NCBI GenBank assembly: GCA_015059485.1
Contig: SVAH01000001.1
Location: 66,724 to 130,723 of the forward strand
Reading direction: 5' to 3'
Source: Bacillota bacterium
GTDB taxonomy: Bacteria; Bacillota_I; Bacilli_A; RF39; UBA660
DNA: 64,000 bases
Shown here: piece by piece, positions 59,097 to 64,000 of the stretch
Position numbering within the stretch: position 1 is the first letter of the stretch
Layout: each line of letters starts with the position of its first letter
Notes under the pieces: model-generated
What the model was told of the DNA's origin: nothing
The model's input: only the letters and a program-made list of their open reading frames with translations
Database searches by the model: none
Translations under genes and position numbers: made by a program

Positions 59097-59807
59097 ATGC
59101 CATATAATATAAACACATATGATATTGAGGATACTATTGAATATATAAATGATAATTATGAAAAAGTATTAAACGGAATCAAAAAAAATGACCCTGAATA
59201 CTCAGAGGAAGCATTATCATGTTATAAAAAATTACAAGAAAAATTAGAAATGCAGACAGGAAACCGTACTGAAAATCATTTTCCTATATGTACTGCGTAT
59301 TCTAAAACATCATTAGTTGATACAATATCAACAATGCGTTATGTGCATGATTATTACAAAAAAGTTTCATTGGATTTAAAAGAGAGTAATCCTAAATATT
59401 TAGAAGGAACATTATCCGCTTATAAAAAATTACAAGAAAAATTAGAAAAACAATGTGAAAAACGTGATAAAAATCATGTGCCGGTAGTTTTAGGCTATTC
59501 TAAGACTATGCTAAAAACAATTGAAAATGATGCAAAACCTATAGTATATAAAAGATGTTTATTGTGTGGTAAAAAAATTGATTTTACTGATGAATTATAT
59601 AATTCTATTGAAAATCAAATAGATGCTTCAAAATATTTGGAACAATTATATAGCGATAGAGATATTGATACAAAATATTTTATTACTCAACAACTTTTTT
59701 TAGAAATGTGTAAAGGTATCGAAACTGATGACTATTTAAATTGTTTAGATTTATTTAAAGAATATGTTGAAGCACAGAACAAAGAATCAAATTATCTAAG
59801 AAAATAG
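59097..59807 (+). CDS. Hypothetical protein with internal duplication and a CxxC motif
   Basis: LS.YKKLQEKLE.Q...R..NH.P occurs twice; RCLLCG. Confidence 0.7.
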   Translation: MPYNINTYDIEDTIEYINDNYEKVLNGIKKNDPEYSEEALSCYKKLQEKLEMQTGNRTENHFPICTAYSKTSLVDTISTMRYVHDYYKKVSLDLKESNPKYLEGTLSAYKKLQEKLEKQCEKRDKNHVPVVLGYSKTMLKTIENDAKPIVYKRCLLCGKKIDFTDELYNSIENQIDASKYLEQLYSDRDIDTKYFITQQLFLEMCKGIETDDYLNCLDLFKEYVEAQNKESNYLRK

Positions 59808-59886
59808 AACCGATTATTGATAAAAAATAATTGGTTTTTATTTTTGTTTATGTTATACTTATATTATCATAAAGAGGTGTTTGACT

Positions 59887-61875
59887 ATGTTTGGAAAAAT
59901 ATTATATATAAGCGAAAATATTGCTCATGTTCAAAATCTTGGAAATGGAAATGCTTCATCGGATTTAATGAATGTTAACGTAATATTTGAAGCTAATGAT
60001 CAAAGAATTTTAGGAGAAATAACAGAGGTTAACCCTGATTTTTATAAAATTAGATTTTTAGGAGAATATGTCAATAATAAATATGTTAATGGTGTACTTA
60101 GAAAACCATTGCTATCATCTAGAATAAGAATTATAAATAATGAAGAATTAATGGAAATAGTTGGTAGATTGTCTGAAAAAACTTTTGTATTGGGTAAAAG
60201 TGCAATCTACAAGAATTTTACTATTTGCCCAACAATAAATGATTTATTTTCAAATCATTTAGCTATTTTTGGTAATACTGGTAGTGGTAAATCACATGGT
60301 GTTGCAAGAGTGATACAAAATCTATTTTCAAATCCACATTTAGTTTCTACTAACGCCAATATATTTATATTTGATGCTTATGGCGAATATAAAAATGCCT
60401 TTAGAAGTATTAATAATATAAATCAAAATTATGCATATAAATTTGTAACTACTAACCCTGTAGATTCAGATGATACACTTCTTCAAATACCGGTTAATTT
60501 ACTTAATAATGATGATTTTGCATTACTTCTTCAAGCTTCAACCCATAGCCAACTTCCAATAATCGAAAGAACATTAAGACTTGCAAAAATATTTTCGCAA
60601 AAGAGTGAAGAAGCAAAAAAATATAAGAATCACTTAATAGCAAAAGCATTGCTTTCAGTACTATTTTCTAACCAAACAACATCAGCTAAAAAGAATCAAA
60701 TATTTACTATTATTGAGGTTTGCAATACAGAAGATTTCAATTTTGATACGCAGATACCTGGGCTTGGATATTCTAGAACTTTCTCTGAATGCTTCGAAAT
60801 AGATTCAAATGGATATTTTGGTGAAAGTGTATTAATAACTGAATATATCCTTAAAAATATTGAAGATAGATATGAAGAGATGGAAGAACCAACAGAGTAT
60901 TCATTCTCACTAAAAGAATTTGCACAAGCACTAGAATTTACACTTATTAGCGAAGGATTTCAAAATAATGCCAACTTATATGACGATGCTGTAATTTTAA
61001 AAGTTAGAATTAATTCAATTATAAATAGCAAAGTAGGTGCATATTTTGTAGATAATGGATATACAACATTAGATAATTTTGTATCGGATTTAGTTCTTAA
61101 AAATGGAAAAAAAGCTCAAATTATTAATATTAATTTAGAAGATATAGATGATGTTTATGCCAAAGTTATGGTTAAAGTAATGGCTAGAATATTATATGAA
61201 TTTACAAAAACTAGAAAAGAAAGAGCTTCTGTTCCATTCCATTTATTCTTAGAAGAAGCCCATAGATATATTCAAAAAGATGCAGATACATTCTTAATTG
61301 GATATAATATATTTGAACGTATAGCAAAAGAAGGACGTAAATATGGTACTTTACTTGGAATAATATCACAAAGACCAGTTGAATTATCTGACACAGTTAT
61401 ATCACAAGTTTCAAATTTCTTAATATTTAAAATGACACACCCAAAAGATATAAAATATATTGAAGAAATGCTTCCAAATATTTCATCAGATGTCATCGAA
61501 AAGCAAAAAACTTTGCAGCCAGGTACTTGTGTAGGATTTGGTGGAGGATTTAAGATACCAATGATTATTAAGCTCGAAATGCCTAACCCAACACCATATT
61601 CATCAAATGCTGATGTTTCATCATGTTGGGGTAAAAAAGTTAATTTAATTAACCCAAATGCTTCAATACAAAATAATAATATTCCTCCTTTAATGCCACA
61701 AGTCGGAGTATCTGCAGTACAGCCTACAAATCAGATGATGCAACAAAGCAATAATCAACCACAGACCATGACTTCAAATATGAATGTGCCTCAAATGCAG
61801 GCTAACCCAATGAGTAATCAAATGCCTAAAACTATAAGCATTATGCCAGATTTAGTTAAGAATATCGAAGAATAA
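59887..61875 (+). CDS. HerA-like (DUF87) P-loop ATPase with Q/N/P/M-rich tail
   Basis: HLAIFGNTGSGKS, FDAYGEY, LEEAHRY, RIAKEGRKYG and SQRP motifs. Confidence 0.88.
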   Translation: MFGKILYISENIAHVQNLGNGNASSDLMNVNVIFEANDQRILGEITEVNPDFYKIRFLGEYVNNKYVNGVLRKPLLSSRIRIINNEELMEIVGRLSEKTFVLGKSAIYKNFTICPTINDLFSNHLAIFGNTGSGKSHGVARVIQNLFSNPHLVSTNANIFIFDAYGEYKNAFRSINNINQNYAYKFVTTNPVDSDDTLLQIPVNLLNNDDFALLLQASTHSQLPIIERTLRLAKIFSQKSEEAKKYKNHLIAKALLSVLFSNQTTSAKKNQIFTIIEVCNTEDFNFDTQIPGLGYSRTFSECFEIDSNGYFGESVLITEYILKNIEDRYEEMEEPTEYSFSLKEFAQALEFTLISEGFQNNANLYDDAVILKVRINSIINSKVGAYFVDNGYTTLDNFVSDLVLKNGKKAQIININLEDIDDVYAKVMVKVMARILYEFTKTRKERASVPFHLFLEEAHRYIQKDADTFLIGYNIFERIAKEGRKYGTLLGIISQRPVELSDTVISQVSNFLIFKMTHPKDIKYIEEMLPNISSDVIEKQKTLQPGTCVGFGGGFKIPMIIKLEMPNPTPYSSNADVSSCWGKKVNLINPNASIQNNNIPPLMPQVGVSAVQPTNQMMQQSNNQPQTMTSNMNVPQMQANPMSNQMPKTISIMPDLVKNIEE

Positions 61876-62001
61876 TTTGATATTCTTTTTAATTTATGAT
61901 ATGCTGAATATGATTTCAATTATTTAGAGATTAGCATATACAAAAAAGAATCGAAATATAAACACAAATTTAAAAAAAATAGAAAGAAATGAAATAAAGA
62001 T

Positions 62002-62796
62002 ATGACGAAAGCAAATTTACATATACATACAACATATTCAGATGGAGTAGAAACATTAGATGAAATAATAGAAAAAGCTAAATACTATAATTTTGATTAT
62101 ATAGCTATAACAGATCATGATACACTTGAAAATATGGATGAAATTAAAACTAAAGATTTTAAAATAATACAAGGAATAGAAATGAGTGCTAAGTATAATA
62201 GTGAAACAATACATATACTTGGATATTTTAAAGATAAACCATCAGATGAGCTTAGGAATTATTTAAAAAACGAAAGTATAAAAAGAGAAGAAAGAGCTAA
62301 AAAAATAATAGAGGGCTTAAAAGAATATTATAATATAGAAATTGATTATGAAGATGTAAAAAAAGAAGCAGATGGAATAATAGCAAGACCTCATATCGCA
62401 AAAGTAATATGTAAGAAATACGGTCGTACTTTTGATGAAGCTTTTGATTTATATATTGGGGATAATTCTAAAGCATACGTTCCATATGATGTTATTTCTT
62501 TAGATGCTGCAATAAAAAGATTAAAAGAAAATAATGCGTTAGTAGTACTTGCACATCCAATATTAATAAAAAAATCTAATTATATTGATATAATAGATAA
62601 ATTTGATGGCGTAGAGGTATATCATCCAGATCAACCACAAAATTTTAGAAAAGAGCTTTTAAATATTGCTAAAGAAAAGAATCTAATAGTTACTGGTGGT
62701 TCAGATTATCATGGTAATATTATAGAAAATAAGTTTGAAGAGGCGTATATAGAAAATGATGATTTACAAAATTTTTTAAAAAGTGTAAACTTATAA
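62002..62796 (+). CDS. PHP-domain phosphoesterase
   Basis: LHIHTTYSDG, AITDHD, HILGY, LAHP and GGSDYHG motifs. Confidence 0.9.
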   Translation: MTKANLHIHTTYSDGVETLDEIIEKAKYYNFDYIAITDHDTLENMDEIKTKDFKIIQGIEMSAKYNSETIHILGYFKDKPSDELRNYLKNESIKREERAKKIIEGLKEYYNIEIDYEDVKKEADGIIARPHIAKVICKKYGRTFDEAFDLYIGDNSKAYVPYDVISLDAAIKRLKENNALVVLAHPILIKKSNYIDIIDKFDGVEVYHPDQPQNFRKELLNIAKEKNLIVTGGSDYHGNIIENKFEEAYIENDDLQNFLKSVNL

Positions 62797-62839
62797 AAAA
62801 TAACTTGATATTTAAAAAAAACTATGATATAAATAAATT

Positions 62840-63008
62840 ACCCGAATAAATAGTTTGTCTTTCATAAAACCGACTATTGTGATATATTGGGAATCTAATT
62901 GGGCTGTGGTGTTGAATAACGGTTCATTGAACCGGGCTCCTAAAGCAGTTCATGTGATGCCCACCTGCTGCGAGCGGGCTTTTATCACTGGCAAGCTATC
63001 ATTCGGGT
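62840..63008 (+). ncRNA. ssrS: 6S RNA
   Basis: GC-richer ~170-nt rod with terminal pairing ACCCGAAT..TAGTTTGTC / GGCAAGCTA..ATTCGGGT and internal CCCACCTG..AGCGGG; upstream promoter; located directly before tcdA/yrvM as in B. subtilis bsrA. Confidence 0.75.
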
Positions 63009-63026
63009 TTTATTGTGGAGGAAAAA

Positions 63027-63698
63027 ATGAAAGAAAGATTAAGTTTAATATTTAATGAAAATATACTAAATAAATTTAAAACATCAAAAATACTTATAAT
63101 AGGTATTGGTGGTGTTGGTGGATATGCTTTAGAATGCTTAGTTAGAAGTGGCTTTGAAAATATTACCATTGTTGATAAAGATATTGTTGATGAAACTAAT
63201 TTAAATAGACAAATAATATCTCTAAAAAGCAATATAGGGTTATCTAAAGTAGAAGTAGCTAAAAAAAGAATATTAGATATAAATCCAAATGCAAATATTA
63301 ATATAATTAATGAATTTATTTTGGAAGATAATATAGATTTACTAAATATAAAATCTTTCGATTACATAATAGATGCCTGTGATACAATTACAACTAAAAT
63401 ATTATTGATAGAGTATTGTAATAAAAATAATATTAAACTAATTAGTTGTATGGGTACAGGTAATAGAATTGATTCTACAAAACTTAGTATTACTAAATTA
63501 AATAAAACTTATAATGACCCGCTTGCTAAAAATATGAGAAGAATATTAAGAGAAAAAAATATAAAAGCAAATCCTAATGTTGTTTGGAGTAGTGAATTAC
63601 CAGTAAAAAACAAATCTAGAACACCAGGAAGTATTGTTTTAGTACCGATGCAAGCAGGTAATTTATGTGCTAGTTTTATAATTAATGATATTATCTAA
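63027..63698 (+). CDS. tcdA: tRNA threonylcarbamoyladenosine dehydratase (ThiF family)
   Basis: GIGGVG, TNLNRQ, IIDACD, SCMGTG and DPLAK motifs; GGAGG RBS before ATG 63027. Confidence 0.85.
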   Translation: MKERLSLIFNENILNKFKTSKILIIGIGGVGGYALECLVRSGFENITIVDKDIVDETNLNRQIISLKSNIGLSKVEVAKKRILDINPNANINIINEFILEDNIDLLNIKSFDYIIDACDTITTKILLIEYCNKNNIKLISCMGTGNRIDSTKLSITKLNKTYNDPLAKNMRRILREKNIKANPNVVWSSELPVKNKSRTPGSIVLVPMQAGNLCASFIINDII

Positions 63699-63774
63699 AA
63701 ATATAAATTCTAAAATTGGAATATGATTAAAGATTTTAGCACTTGTGTATTTTATTTTTTTAAAAACAAAAGAA

Positions 63775-63999
63775 CTATTTAAGTAGTTCTTTTTCAATTT
63801 CTTTTTTATCCATATTTGCAAATACTATATCATGAATTATATAAAGTAGGGGAGCTTTAATTTTCTTTTTCTTCAAAAGATTATAAATTGTTTCTAATAC
63901 AGTATATCCTTCAACTGTATTGTTTTTAAGAAACTTATCAGCTTCTTTTTTACTTTTAGCTATCTTTGTTCCATATGTATAATTTCTACTTTTACTATC
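63775..63999 (-). CDS. gpsA: NAD(P)H-dependent glycerol-3-phosphate dehydrogenase, C-terminal part (truncated by the window edge)
   Basis: Manual translation DSKSRNYTYGTKI...NNTVEGYT...KAPLL contains the SRN and VEG motifs. Confidence 0.75.
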   Translation of the reverse strand, partial: DSKSRNYTYGTKIAKSKKEADKFLKNNTVEGYTVLETIYNLLKKKKIKAPLLYIIHDIVFANMDKKEIEKELLK

Positions 64000-64000
64000 T

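Noticed and set aside
62855-63055. 66-aa ORF in the supplied track
   Set aside because: It overlaps the 6S RNA-like structure, has atypical composition and no RBS.
4023-63232. Short antisense or out-of-frame ORFs in the track (e.g. 4023-4205, 29880-30260, 34600-34938, 46535-46894, 61272-61496)
   Set aside because: Shadow ORFs of well-supported genes, without RBS or motifs.

Overview
Very AT-rich Bacillota (Bacilli-like) chromosome segment using the standard genetic code. Bases 3703-42426 are a ~38.7-kb integrative conjugative element (ICE). It encodes ParB, a thioester-domain adhesin with sortase, a replication initiator, SSB, VirB2/B6/B3/B4-like proteins, an M23 peptidase, a putative oriT with MobL-type relaxase, VirD4, an acyl-adenylating enzyme next to a hybrid sensor kinase, a type I R-M system with an invertible hsdS locus, and two large serine recombinases. 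The ICE is inserted inside the 5' end of rbgA, and its right end supplies a promoter, RBS and first codons for that gene. The main discovery lies left of the ICE (1-3702): a tandem array of at least four small, recombinase-free, single-gene cassettes. Each ends in a replacement rbgA start (M..KTNINW) joined at the same quasi-palindromic site (AAAACYAATATYAAY-TG-GTTGATATTGATTT), and each complete cassette begins with a ~170-bp arm homologous to the ICE left end. This looks like an integron-like cassette accretion system at rbgA driven by serine recombinases. Right of 42377 is core genome: rbgA, rnhB, an LTA-synthase-family gene, topA, a frameshifted tdk, an Asn T-box, aspS-asnS-aspS2 (paralogs sharing a 347-bp identical tract), gatCAB, a HerA-like ATPase, a PHP protein, 6S RNA, tcdA and partial gpsA. 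All calls come from reading motifs by eye; no database searches were run.
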